Positions 11,279 to 22,912 of a stretch of DNA of 32,888 nt are shown here, piece by piece. This DNA comes from Octopus bimaculoides. Lineage: Eukaryota. The translations under genes were made by a program, and so were the position numbers. The number at the start of each line of letters is the position of its first letter. Positions within the stretch are counted from its first letter, which is position 1. The notes beneath the pieces were generated by a model that searched no databases, was not told the origin of the DNA, and worked only from the letters and a program-made list of their open reading frames with translations. The stretch covers positions 3,369,029 to 3,401,916 of the forward strand of contig NC_069010.1 in NCBI RefSeq assembly GCF_001194135.2, written 5' to 3'.

Positions 11279-11750
11279 GTGTAACATGATTTTTGTCCTT
11301 AGGTAGCAATGCTATTTCCTATTTGTTGACCCTAGAAACTATGAAAAATGTCTAATATTTCCTTTAAATTCTGTTTTTGTTCCATTTATTCAAACCCTAA
11401 AGAATCCCTCTCAACACATGGCTATAATGCTACCCAACTACTCCTGCTCATGATCGGAGATGCACGTACTGTCAACCACTAAGGGACATGCTCAAGTGGT
11501 TAAGGTCAAGCAACTGGCTAGCAAATCTGTGATATTGGGCAAAATATTTGCTATAATGATATTTCTGCTTCAGCAAGTCAGCACTGAATCTGTCTGAAAT
11601 GTAATGGGAAATGGGTTGGTTTGAAAACATTGATGTCCAAGTGACAAAAGCAATATTTCAAGGGAAAACTAGTGATTTTCTTTGATCTCTAGATAGAAGC
11701 AAATAGGAAATAAAATTTACTGACCAAAGACAAAATAAAATTAAATTAAA
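11278..11750 (+). repeat. Unclassified interspersed repeat / local duplication, copy 1
   Basis: Colinear similarity to 15790-16470 (TGTGTAACATGATTTTTGTCCTTAGGTAGCAA; CCACTAAGGGACATGCTCAAGTGGTTA). Confidence 0.8.
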
Positions 11751-11754
11751 ATTG

Positions 11755-12460
11755 TTCCTACTATTGTTTAACCCCAGGTCAGGCCTTATCCAGCAGAACT
11801 ACAATCAAAGCTGTTCCAGTTGTGGCTATCCCATCTTATATTTGGACAAAATGCATATAGGGCAACATTATCTAATGTATCCTTCTTTTGCTGTTGTTTA
11901 ACCCTAGGTCATTTCTGATCCAGCAGACCTATGTTCAAAGGTGTTCAAGCTATGACTATCCTGTCTTTTATTCAGTCATAGTCTATCTAGGACTACGTTA
12001 TTCCTAATGTGTCTTTCCTCGTTGCTGCTATTTTGTGCTAAATCAGTTTTCAACCAACATACCTCTGATCAAGGACGTTCCAGTTGTGACCATCCTGTCT
12101 TTTGAAGTTTCATCATTTAATGTTTGCCCTCTTGTTGTTGCTGTTTACTCTCACTTCATCCCACAACCAGCAGACCTAAGATCAAAACCGTTCCAGCCAT
12201 GACCATCCTGTCTTTAAATTAGACATCATACATCTAGGAGTACATTATCTAACATTTGCTCCTTTGTTGTTGTTGTTGTTTAGCCTCAGGTCATTTTCGA
12301 TCCAAGAGACATATGATCAAAGGCAATCCAGCCACGACCATCCTGCCTTTTATTATTTCCAACAATTGTGCAGCCTGGTTTGGCATCATCTAATACATCC
12401 TTCCTTTTCTGAAAGCAGTACAAAATGGTTTAAGCTGTTGTTTCTAGCCTTTAGATGATC
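11755..12460 (-). repeat. Putative retroposon with about 5 tandem ~125-bp 3' units, in the ARMT1 intron
   Basis: Unit GTTGTTTAACCCCAGGTCAG..CTGATCCAGCAGACCTATGATCAAAG..GTTCCAG...GACCATCCTGTCTT...TCTAGGACTACATTATCTAATGT, followed by a single non-reiterated terminal module. Confidence 0.75.
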
Positions 12461-12529
12461 TTGCTCATTGGTTCGTTGACTAAAGTCTTCCGTTTTTTTT
12501 TTTCTCCCTTCTTTCTTTCTCTTTTGCAG

Positions 12530-13391
12530 ATTACTGTCTTTCCTGGACGACTTACTGTCCAAATTGGGGCCCAGTATTTCGGACTTTGACCTACAGGTGG
12601 CATTCAAACATCTCATCCAAGTCGCATTATGGAGCAACAAGTGCGACTTGTCCATATCTGCCGGTGCTGAGATGAAATATCAGTTTAGTTTGCTTGAAAC
12701 TCTTAAAATACTCAGTGATAATATCCTCGTTGATGACACAAGTTCCATATGGAATCAACTGGAGAAGATGAGGCATCCAAGTGACTATCCAACCTCGGCT
12801 CGCATTGACATCGTTTTGGACAACTCTGGCTACGAATTAATTACCGATCTGTGTCTGGCCGAGTTCTTCATCGCATCCGGTCTCGTGACAACCGTCCACT
12901 TTCACGGTAAAGCTTTCCCGTGGTTCGTATCGGACACGACACAAGAGGACTTCTACTCAACGCTCACCAAGCTGGAGCAGTCTACTGATGAAGTTGCAGC
13001 TCGGTTTGGACAGAAATGGCTCAAGCGTCTCCAGGATGGCTCGTGGCATTTCACGGTCCACGACTTCTGGACATTGCCTTACACATTTGATCAGATGAAG
13101 TTGCGCTCTCCTAATCTCTACAACCATCTTGCTGCTAGCAACCTCATCCTCTTCAAAGGTGACTTGAACTACCGTAAGCTAGTAGGGGACATAAATTGGG
13201 ACACGACGACCCCTTTCTGCGATGCCCTCCGAGGTTTCCATCCTGCTCCTCTCTGTGTTCTGCGGACAATAAAATCTGACACAGTGGCCGGATTAAACGA
13301 TGATGTCAAGACAAAAGTGTCCAACACTGATGCCCAATGGATGATCAATGGTAATTGGGGTATTATATCTTTCTCTGACCAAATCTCTTGA
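12530..13391 (+). CDS. ARMT1: ARMT1 / DUF89 damage-control phosphatase, coding exon 2 (to stop)
   Basis: Strong acceptor (long T/C tract, TTTTGCAG|A at 12529/12530). The phase-2 join GG+A=Gly keeps frame into LLSFLDDLLSKLGPS. Carries the DUF89 motifs LW(S)NKCDLS, VLDNSGYEL (metal-binding DN), PWFVSD, FKGDLNYRKL and LRTIKS. Spliced CDS is 515+862=1377 nt, 458 aa. Confidence 0.95.
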
Positions 13392-13609
13392 CCAGCCTAC
13401 TGGTCAGTCAGAATTTTTTTAAGAATATGTCCACTGTTTTCTGCAGGACAACACCACCACTTGACTGATGTCTTGATTCCTTAAACCAAAACACGCACTT
13501 TAAGTCTGTAATGTATCTGACCACTGTCCACTCCTGGCTACTACTGCTGCAGCCATCTTCTGGACACTTCTGTCAACCTGCTACTCCCAATTCCCTTCTC
13601 TTTTAATGC

Positions 13610-13622
13610 ACAAACATACACA

Positions 13623-13674
<52 letters not shown>

Positions 13675-14251
13675 NNNNNNNNNNNNNNNNNNNNNNNNNN
13701 NNNNNNNNNNNNNNNNNNNNNNNNNNNNNNNNNNNNNNNNNNNNNNNNNNNNNNNNNNNNNNNNNNNNNNNNNNNNNNNNNNNNNNNNNNNNNNNNNNNN
13801 NNNNNNNNNNNNNNNNNNNNNNNNNNNNNNNNNNNNNNNNNNNNNNNNNNNNNNNNNNNNNNNNNNNNNNNNNNNNNNNNNNNNNNNNNNNNNNNNNNNN
13901 NNNNNNNNNNNNNNNNNNNNNNNNNNNNNNNNNNNNNNNNNNNNNNNNNNNNNNNNNNNNNNNNNNNNNNNNNNNNNNNNNNNNNNNNNNNNNNNNNNNN
14001 NNNNNNNNNNNNNNNNNNNNNNNNNNNNNNNNNNNNNNNNNNNNNNNNNNNNNNNNNNNNNNNNNNNNNNNNNNNNNNNNNNNNNNNNNNNNNNNNNNNN
14101 NNNNNNNNNNNNNNNNNNNNNNNNNNNNNNNNNNNNNNNNNNNNNNNNNNNNNNNNNNNNNNNNNNNNNNNNNNNNNNNNNNNNNNNNNNNNNNNNNNNN
14201 NNNNNNNNNNNNNNNNNNNNNNNNNNNNNNNNNNNNNNNNNNNNNNNNNNN

Positions 14252-14282
<31 letters not shown>

Positions 14283-14445
14283 TATATGCACATCTACATA
14301 TGCATATATATATATATATATAGACATAAGTAGACATACACTATATATCTATACATACACATACATATATACATACATATACAAAAATATACATATAATA
14401 TACATACATGTACACACATTCATATGCACACACACATGTATATGA
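13610..14445. repeat. (AC)n and (TA)n microsatellites flanking an assembly gap
   Basis: Directly visible. Confidence 0.9.
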
Positions 14446-14684
14446 ATTGATGGATCTCCAGTTTCTATGATGCTTATTCCAGTTTTTCAATCACCTGAAG
14501 CACCTCTTTCCTTTTTATCAACACATAAGTGGCTGAGTACTCCACAAGCACATGAGCTTCAAGCAGAGTCAGTATGACACAGTGAACTTCAGGTCCAATC
14601 CTCTCAGCAGGCTTCCTTACAGCCTCCATCTTCCCCGGTTTCACTCATGAGCTATAGGTTGAACCTGGCACTACGTTGGTTACA

Positions 14685-14987
14685 ACATTTAGGGTCCCAG
14701 CTGATCTGATCAATGGAACAGCCTGCTCGTGAAATTAACATGCAAGTGGCTGAGTACTCCACAGACACATGCACCCTTAACATAGTCTTCAAGGAGATCC
14801 AGCATGACACGGAGTCTGACAAGGGCTGGCCCCTTTTGAAATACAGACACAACTCATTTTTGCCAGCTGAGTTGACTAGAACAACATGAAATAAAGCGTC
14901 TTGCTCAAGGACGCAATGTGCAGCCAGGTTTCAAAATCATGACATTTTGATCATGAGTCAAATGCCGTAACCACCGAGCCACACACC
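14685..14987 (-). mobile_element. tRNA-derived SINE, family C
   Basis: Shared block GGAACAGCCTGCTCGTGAAATTAACATGCAAGTGGCTGAGTACTCCACAGACAC, with a minus-strand tRNA-like head at the right end. Homologues lie at 17780-17945, 20305-20545 and 22535-22890. Confidence 0.75.
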
Positions 14988-15099
14988 TTTGGATTGAACC
15001 AAAGTTGTGCTAAAATACAATTGCTCAAAATGTCATGCTGTGGGATTGAAACCAGGACTTTGTAATTGCAAAGTGGGTTCTTAACCATTCAGGAAGACG

Positions 15100-15119
15100 T
15101 GTGTTTGTGTATGTATATA

Positions 15120-15180
<61 letters not shown>

Positions 15181-15191
15181 GTACATATATA

Positions 15192-15241
<50 letters not shown>

Positions 15242-15520
15242 TGTATATATGTATGTGCATATATGTATATATATGTGTGTGTGTGTGTGTGCTTATGTGT
15301 GTAATGTATATGCATATGTATGTATACACGTGTGTCTATATTTATATGAACGCATATATGTACATATATATGTGTGTGTTTGTAATGTATATGCATAAGT
15401 ATGTATATACATGTGTGTGTATATTTATATGAATGTATATATATATGTGTATGTGTGTAATGTATATGCATATGTATGTATATACATGTGTGTGTGTTTA
15501 TATATGTGTGTGTGTGTATA
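15100..15520. repeat. (TA)n/(TG)n compound microsatellite
   Basis: Directly visible. Confidence 0.95.
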
Positions 15521-15789
15521 AAGTTGTTGAGACAGTTTAAACACTTGTAGCTTATATCAACCCCTCACCCCATAAAAAAAGTGCCATGGGGTCGGTGCAT
15601 ACATCAGTTGAGATTTGATCTAATGTGCCCATATCCTTCATTGCAATATCATGTACACTATGTACGTGTGTGTGTTTGTATATCTACTACCCCAAGTCCC
15701 ATCACTTTCCAGAACTATTTAAACAGGCTCTGCAGTGACCCCCTCCCCACCCACTTTCACCGTCCCCTTTTTTTTTATCATCAATAACA

Positions 15790-16655
15790 CTGTGTAACAT
15801 GATTTTTGTCCTTAGGTAGCAACTGTTATTTCCTATTTGCTGACCCCCTAGAAACTATGAAAAATGACTAATATTTCCCTTAACCCTTTCATTACCAACC
15901 CTGCTGAAACCGGCTCTGACTCTGAATATAAATATCATGTTATAAGTTTTGAATTAAATTCTTCCACCAAACCTTAGTCACAATTTATGTTCCTAACACT
16001 AGCTAAATGATAACTAAGTTATTTTACTAAATTCTTTGTTATATTTAAAGTAATTGAAAGAAACACAGAGCATCTCAAAATAAATACAGTAACAAAAGGG
16101 TTAAACTACTTTCGTTACGATATTTATTCAAACCCCAAAAAATCCCTCTCAACACATTGCTATGAATGCTCCACCATTACTCCTGTTCATGATCAGAGAT
16201 GCACATATTGTCAACCACTAAGGGACATGCTCAAGTGGTTATGGTCAAGCAACTGGCTAGCAAGTCTGTGGTATTGAGCAGAATATTTGCTATCACAATA
16301 TTTCTGCTTCAGCAACTCGGTGCTGAATCCATCTGAAATGTAATGGAAAATAGGTCAGTTTCAAAATATTGATGTCCTGATCAGAAAAGCAAAATTTGAA
16401 GGGAATAGTAGTGATTTCCTTTGATTTCTAGATAGAAGCAAATAGTAAATAAAATTTATTGACCAAAGACAACAAGCAAATCTGTGGTATTGAGCAGAAT
16501 ATTTGCTATAACGATATTTCTGCTTCAGCAACTCAGTGCTGGATCTGTCTGAAGTGTAATGGAAAATGGGTCAGTTTGAAAACATTGATGCCCAGGTGAC
16601 AAAAGCAAAGTTTGAAGGGAATAGTAGTGATTTTCTTCGATTTCTAAATAGAAGC
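15790..16655 (+). repeat. Same unclassified repeat, copy 2, with a MITE insertion and a ~180-bp internal reiteration (16475-16655)
   Basis: Direct alignment to 11278-11750. The subsegment AGCAAATCTGTGGTATTGAGCAGAAT...GATAGAAGC occurs twice. Confidence 0.8.
15884..16100. mobile_element. piggyBac-type MITE (217 bp, TTAA target-site duplication)
   Basis: TTAA-CCCTTTCATTAC ... GTAACAAAAGGG-TTAA. The paralogous copy of the host repeat has a single TTAA at 11364-11367. Confidence 0.85.
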
Positions 16656-17009
16656 NNNNNNNNNNNNNNNNNNNNNNNNNNNNNNNNNNNNNNNNNNNNN
16701 NNNNNNNNNNNNNNNNNNNNNNNNNNNNNNNNNNNNNNNNNNNNNNNNNNNNNNNNNNNNNNNNNNNNNNNNNNNNACCCACACTACCACCACCATCGTA
16801 GATTTTATTGTTACCAAAAATCTATGAAAAAAATAAAAATTTCTTTTTACTGAACAGAAATATAATAAATAAAAAAAACAGGTAATGGAAAAAAATATAA
16901 AATAAAACTTCATATTTCCTCATTCTCTCCATTGTTTGTCTATGATTGCTGACATTATTTTGGGTCATAAATATCTGTTAGGAGGCGCAAGCACTTGCAC
17001 ACACTCCTA

Positions 17010-17700
17010 CACACACACGGCAGTAACTTCCTCCGACCAAATCCAATTACAAAGCTTTGATCGGCCCGGGGCTAGAGCAGAAGACACCCAAGGTGCCATG
17101 CAGTGGGACTGAACCTGAAACCATGTAACTGGGAAGCAAGCTTCCTAGCCACACAGCCTTGTCCACACCTATGTGTGTGTGTTTGTGTTTGCATTTCTTT
17201 ACCTCTCAACTTTTGCTTGTTTTTAGGCAATAGACTGTGGCCATGCTGGGGCACCACCTTGAATTTTTAGTCAAATGACTCAATCCCACCTCAAGACTTA
17301 TTCTTTTCAAGTCTCGTACATGTTCTATCGGTCTCTTTTGCTGCACTGCTAAGTTACAGGGGCCGTAAACTCACCAACACCAGTTGTCAGGTGGTGGTTG
17401 TTGGTGAGGGGGGGACAAATACAGACAGAAAGACACACACGCATAGATATATATCTATACAATGGGCTTCTTTCAGTTTCCATCTACCAAATCCTCTCAC
17501 AAGGCTTTGGTCAGCCTGAGGCTATAGTAGAAGACACCTGCCCAAGGTGCCACACAGTGGGACTGAACCCAGAACCATGTGTTTGGGAATGAAGCTTCTT
17601 ACCACACAATCGTGTGTTTATGTTTGTGTATGTATATATTACTCTTTTACTTGTTTCAGTCATTTGACTGCGGCCATGCTGGGGCAATTGGAAGGTTTTT
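17010..17700 (-). mobile_element. Stack of family A SINE copies (head 17010-17160, near-full 17215-17605, tail 17640-17700)
   Basis: Repeated CAAGGTGCCA..CAGTGGGACTGAACC and CTTGTTTCAGTCATTTGACTGCGGCCATGCTGG motifs. Confidence 0.75.
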
Positions 17701-17779
17701 AGTTGAACAATTCAACCTGTGTTTTTTGCTTTGCTTTTTGGTTTTTCTTTTTCTTTGGTTTGGTTCTCCATTGGTTATA

Positions 17780-17945
17780 CTGACAAGGGTTTCAGTTGAT
17801 CCAATCAACAGAACAGGCTGTTGCTCGTGAAATTAACATGCAAGTGGCTGAGCACTCCACAGACACACATAACCTCAACGTAGTTCTCAGGGAGATTCAG
17901 CATAACACAGAATGGGACAAGGCTGGCCCTTTTGAATTACAGGTA
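17780..17945 (-). mobile_element. Family C SINE fragment
   Basis: Same conserved block as 14685-14987. Confidence 0.7.
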
Positions 17946-18037
17946 CAACAATATATATTTACATAGACATTTCACATACAATATGTATACACACACACAC
18001 ACATGTATGTATATATATATATATGTGCGTATGTTTG

Positions 18038-18068
<31 letters not shown>

Positions 18069-18074
18069 GCTTGT

Positions 18075-18455
18075 GAAGACCTGTTGATGCAAGTGAAAGC
18101 ACTGTCGTGGCCGATGACAGTACCACCTGATTGGCACCTGTGCCACTGGAATGTTAAAAGTACCCTTCGAGTGTGATCATTGCCAGGGCCGCTGACTGGC
18201 TCCTATGCCAGTGGCACGTAAAAAGCACCATTCGAGCAAGGTCATTGCTAGTGCTGCCAGACTGGCTCCTGTGCAGGTGGCACGTAAAATACACCATTTT
18301 GAACGTGGCCGTTGCCAGTACTGCCTGACTGAGCTTCGTGCAGGTGGCATGTAAAAGCGCCCACTACACTCTCGGAGTGGTTGGCATTAGGAAGGGCATC
18401 CAGCTGTAGAAGCTTTGCCAGATCAGACTGGAGCCTGGTGCAGCCTTCTGGCTCG
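18075..18455 (+). mobile_element. RTE 3' UTR-derived repeat with about 4 internal ~64-bp tandem units
   Basis: Units ending GTGGCACGTAAAA(A/G)CACC, then GGTTGGCATTAGGAAGGGCATCCAGCTGTAGAA. Homologous to 19081-19412 and 30752-31050. Confidence 0.7.
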
Positions 18456-18456
18456 C

Positions 18457-18727
18457 CAGGCTCTAGTCTGATTTGGCAAGGTTTCTACAGTTGGATGCCT
18501 TTCCTAAGGCTAACCACTCCGAAACTGTAATGGATGCTTTTACGTGCCACCAGCACAGGTGTCATTTGCGTGACACTGGTATCTGCCACAACTGCAATTT
18601 TGCTTGGCTTGATAGGTCTTCTTCTCAAGCACGACATAATGCCAAAGGTCTTGGTCATTGCCTCCATGAGGCCCAAAGCTCAAAAGGAACTCAGCCACTT
18701 TGCCTTCATCAGGCCTAATGCTCAGCC
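18457..18727 (-). mobile_element. RTE LINE 3' end (last ORF2 codons plus start of 3' UTR)
   Basis: The minus strand resembles 4022-4120 (GL.EAMT...W..V.EK) and runs directly into the GGTGGCACGTAAAAGC...TTAGGAAAGGCATCCA 3' UTR module. Confidence 0.7.
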
Positions 18728-18748
18728 ATATATTTATATATACATATG

Positions 18749-18780
<32 letters not shown>

Positions 18781-18781
18781 C

Positions 18782-18819
<38 letters not shown>

Positions 18820-19080
18820 NNNNNNNNNNNNNNNNNNNNNNNNNNNNNNNNNNNNNNNNNNNNNNNNNNNNNNNNNNNNNNNNNNNNNNNNNNNNNNNNN
18901 NNNNNNNNNNNNNNNNNNNNNNNNNNNNNNNNNNNNNNNNNNNNNNNNNNNNNNNNNNNNNNNNNNNNNNNNNNNNNNNNNNNNNNNNNNNNNNNNNNNN
19001 NNNNNNNNNNNNNNNNNNNNNNNNNNNNNNNNNNNNNNNNNNNNNNNNNNNNNNNNNNNNNNNNNNNNNNNNNNNNNNNN

Positions 19081-19412
19081 ATGCACCATTTTGAGCGTGG
19101 CCGTTGCCAGTACCGCCTGACTGGCTCCCGTAGGATTTTCGAGTGAGATCGTTGCCAGTGCCCCTGGACTTGCTTGTGCGGGTGGCACATAAAAGACACC
19201 ATTTCGAGTGTGGGCCGTTTTCGTGCGGGTGACACGTAAAAGCACCCACTACACTCTCTGAGTGGTTGGCGTTAGGAAGGGCATCCAGCTGTAGAAACTC
19301 TGCCAAATTAGATTGGAGCCTGGTGTTGCCATCCGGTTTCACCAGTCCTCAGTCAAATCGTCCAACCCATGCTAGCATGGAAAGCGGACGTTAAACGAGG
19401 ATGATGATGATT
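19081..19412 (+). mobile_element. RTE 3' UTR-derived repeat with (GAT)n tail
   Basis: Ends GTCCAACCCATGCTAGCATGGAAAGCGGACGTTAAACGAGGATGATGATGA. Confidence 0.75.
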
Positions 19413-19419
19413 ATTTATA

Positions 19420-19790
19420 TAACAGGCTTCTTTAAGTTTCCATCGACCAAATCCATTCGCAAGGCCTTGGTCAGTCTGAGGCCGTAACAGAAGACACTTG
19501 CCCAAAGTGTCACACAGTAGGACCGAACCCAGGACCATGTGATTAGGAAGCAAATTTCTTATCTACAAAATGAAATTTAGAAAAAATTATAGGATGTGCA
19601 TCAGTATTTATTTGTCATTAGACTGCGACCATACTGGAGAGTTTTAGTCAAATCAACCCCAGGACTTATTCTTTATAAGCCTAGTACTTATTCTATTGTC
19701 TCCCTTGCCAAACCACTAAGTTACAAGGATGTAAACACCCCGACATCAGTTGTCAAGCAATGGTAGGGAACAAACACAGACACACACATA
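19420..19790 (-). mobile_element. Family A SINE head (19420-19560) and separate tail (19605-19790)
   Basis: Reverse-complement homology to the family A modules. Confidence 0.7.
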
Positions 19791-19884
19791 GATACACTTC
19801 TTTATATGGAAATGATATATCTTTATATGTGAACACTTTTTCATATATAAATAGTATATATTCATATATACACACTTCACATAC

Positions 19885-20272
19885 AGGTAAGTAGCTTGCT
19901 TGCCAACCACATGGTTCCGGGTTCAGTCCCACTACGTGGCACCTTGGGCAAGTGTTTTCTACTATATCCTCGGGCCGACCAAAGCCTTGTGAGTGGATTT
20001 GGTAGACGGAAACTGACAGAAGCCCGTCGTGTATATATGTATATATATATGTATGTATGTGTGTGTATATGTTTGTGTGTCTGTGTTTGTCCTCCCAACA
20101 TCGCTTGACAACCGATGCTGGTGTGTTTACGTACCCGTAACTTAGCGGTTCGGAAAAAGAGACAGATAGAATAAGTACTAGGCTTACAAAGAATAAGTCC
20201 TGGGGTCGATTTTCTCGACTAAAGGCGGTGCTCCAGCATGGCCGCAGTCAAATGACTGAAACAAGTAAAAGA
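19885..20272 (+). mobile_element. Family A SINE, nearly full length
   Basis: Head, (TA/TG)n spacer and tail ending GACTGAAACAAGTAAAAGA. Confidence 0.85.
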
Positions 20273-20304
20273 ACACACTGCTTCACATTCTGTCGGTTTC
20301 AACA

Positions 20305-20545
20305 ATAAGGGTTCCATTTGATCCGATCGACGGAACAGCCAGCTCATGAAATTAACGTGACAGTGGCTGAGTACTCCACAGACACACGTACTCTCAACAT
20401 AGTTCTCAGGGATTTTCAGCGTGACACAATGTGAGAAGGCTGGCCAGGAGCACGGGAAATAAAGTCAAGGAGACAACGTGCGGCCATGTATCGAACTCAC
20501 GACTGTGACCCGAGTACCCTAACCATTGAGGCATGCGCCTTCGCT
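20305..20545 (-). mobile_element. Family C SINE
   Basis: Conserved block plus TCGAACTCACGAC...CCCTAACCATTGAGGCATGCGCC, the reverse complement of tRNA B/A boxes. Confidence 0.75.
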
Positions 20546-21399
20546 GTTCTACTTTGAAAAAAATTTAGCAAACCCCTATTTTAAAGATTTTTCAACTTTA
20601 TTTAAATATAATCAATCAAGGGAGATAACTGTAACAAGAGTTACGTCCCTTTACTTCTTAGACCTTACATTCTTCACTTAAGGACGACTTTGATCCCTAT
20701 TTTATTCTATTCGGCCCCTATAACCATTATATTGTTACATTTCGTGTATAGTACAAGCATACCCGATTTATCACAGATAAAGTTTAACAAGAAAATCTTA
20801 ACTCCGGTTAAGAATCACTGAGTTACGATAANNNNNNNNNNNNNNNNNNNNNNNNNNNNNNNNNNNNNNNNNNNNNNNNNNNNNNNNNNNNNNNNNNNNN
20901 NNNNNNNNNNNNNNNNNNNNNNNNNNNNNNNNNNNNNNNNNNNNNNNNNNNNNNNNNNNNNNNNNNNNNNNNNNNNNNNNNNNNNNNNNNNNNNNNNNNN
21001 NNNNNNNNNNNNNNNNNNNNNNNNNNNNNNNNNNNNNNNNNNNNNNNNNNNNNNNNNNNNNNNNNNNNNNNNNNNNNNNNNNNNNNNNNNNNNNNNNNNN
21101 NNNNNNNNNNNNNNNNNNNNNNNNNNNNNNNNNNNNNNNNNNNNNNNNNNNNNNNNNNNNNNNNNNNNNNNNNNNNNNNNNNNNNTTAGATCGATTTAAA
21201 ATACGGACGGTTCAAAGTTTTTGATTAAATCCCAGCAATACGCTAGTAAATATGTTTGTAGGGAGAAATAGATTGAATAACCTCAATAGGTTAGGGTGAT
21301 AAGCAAACGAGGGTACCAGGTGGTTGTGAGATGTGCCAAAAATAACAGCTTAATTGCAAAAATAGCAGCTTAAATCACACAAAATTTTATTTTCCGTAT

Positions 21400-21513
21400 A
21401 GATGGTAAGAAGCTTGATTCTCAACCACATGGTTCTGGGTTCGGTCCCACTACCGGGCACCTTGGGCAAATATCTTCTACTATATTCCTGGGCTGACCAA
21501 AAGCCTTGTGAGT
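21400..21513 (+). mobile_element. Family A SINE head
   Basis: GATGGTAAGAAGCTTGATTCTCAACCACATGGTTCTGGGTTCGGTCCC...CAAAGCCTTGTGAGTGGAT. Confidence 0.7.
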
Positions 21514-21728
21514 GGATGATTATTGCGGATTTTTTGCAACAAATTTTATTCGACAAAAACAATGACTATTTAACAAAAACATTTTTAAATGACGGTCTGA
21601 CCGTCTGCCAAGCAAATGGGAAGCAGTAATTGAGGTAGATGGTGAATATGCTCCAGAATAATCATTTAAAGATGTTTTTGTTACATGTTTTTATTGAAAA
21701 AAAGCCACAATAATTATGCACCAACCCA

Positions 21729-21930
21729 ATCATCATTATCGTTTAATGTCCACTTTCCATGCTAGCATGGGTTGGACGATTTGACTGAGGACTGGTGAAA
21801 CCAGATGGCTACACCAGGCTCCAATCTGATCTGGCAGAGTTTCTACAGCTGGATGCCCTTCCTAATGCTAACCACTCTGAGAGTGTAGTGGGTGCTTTTA
21901 CATGCCACCGGCACGAGGGCCAGTCACGTG
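21729..21930 (-). mobile_element. RTE 3' UTR-derived repeat, 5'-truncated
   Basis: Reverse complement of the 19230-19410 tail, with an (ATC)n-like terminus. Confidence 0.75.
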
Positions 21931-22534
21931 GTTTGATATATAAATAAGGTACAAAACCAAGTTTTTAGTTTGATAATCCTTTCATTACCAAATTTTTTGT
22001 GAAAAATCTCTCCTTAACTAACATCCCTTGACTGGACTGCTTGTTTCCTTCAAAAGAATTTTAAAGTTTTCCTTCCTTCTTGTACAACTTAAGGCCACAT
22101 AAAGCTGGCTGTGACTAAATACAGGAGCTGGCATGTAAATACCAAATACACAGAGTTGAAATGCTGTTTGATTTTTCTTTTCAGCATTGAATGTTCACCA
22201 TCCCACTTCCACTGCACACACAAACATTCACATACCTCGCTTTTACATACACACACATATACTCACAGAGTTGAAACGCTAACTTCCTTCATCCCACTAC
22301 CAAGTTTACTATCACCCCTTCCTTTCTCATTCATATCTTGTGACGGAGAAAAACACAAGAGTATCATTATCGTAGATTTCCAGGAATTTTATTATTTTGA
22401 TTCTGGGTGTAGTAAATTTTGTCTTTATATCCATCTTCAAATAATGCGTGGTTATAGTAATTTTCGTTTTGTTTAAATAACACCACCACCCTAACCAGCA
22501 ACAGCACTAATCATTACTACTACTGGAGCCATAT

Positions 22535-22890
22535 GTTGTTGTTGTTGTTGTTGTTGGCACTCCATCGCTTACGACGTCGAGGGTTCCAGCCTGCTCGTGA
22601 AATTAACGTGCAAGTGGCTGAGCACTCCACAGACACGTGTACCCTTAACGTAGTTCTCTGGGATATTCAGCGTGACAAGGCTGACCCTTTGAATTACAGG
22701 CACAACAGAAACAGGAAGAAAGAGAGAGAGAGAAAGTTGTGGTGGAAGAGTACAGCAGGGTTTGCCACCATCCCTTGCCGGAGCCTCGTGGAGCTTTTAG
22801 GTGTTTTCGCTCAATAAACACTCACAACGCCCGGTCTGGGAATCGAAACCGCGAGTTCGCTGCCCTAACCACTGGGCCATTGCGCCTCCA
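22535..22890 (-). mobile_element. Family C-related SINE with (CAA)n tail
   Basis: Minus-strand head GGAGGCGCAATGGCCCAGTGGTTAGGGCAGCG...GGTTTCGATTCCC, the family C block, and (TTG)n on + at 22535-22555. Confidence 0.75.
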
Positions 22891-22912
22891 CTCTGGAGCC
22901 ATAACAACAACA

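Noticed and set aside
8006-20630. 16-bp match ATCAAGGGAGATAACT at ~8006 and ~20615
   Set aside because: Too short, and the flanks do not align. It may be a fragment of an old repeat but cannot be supported.
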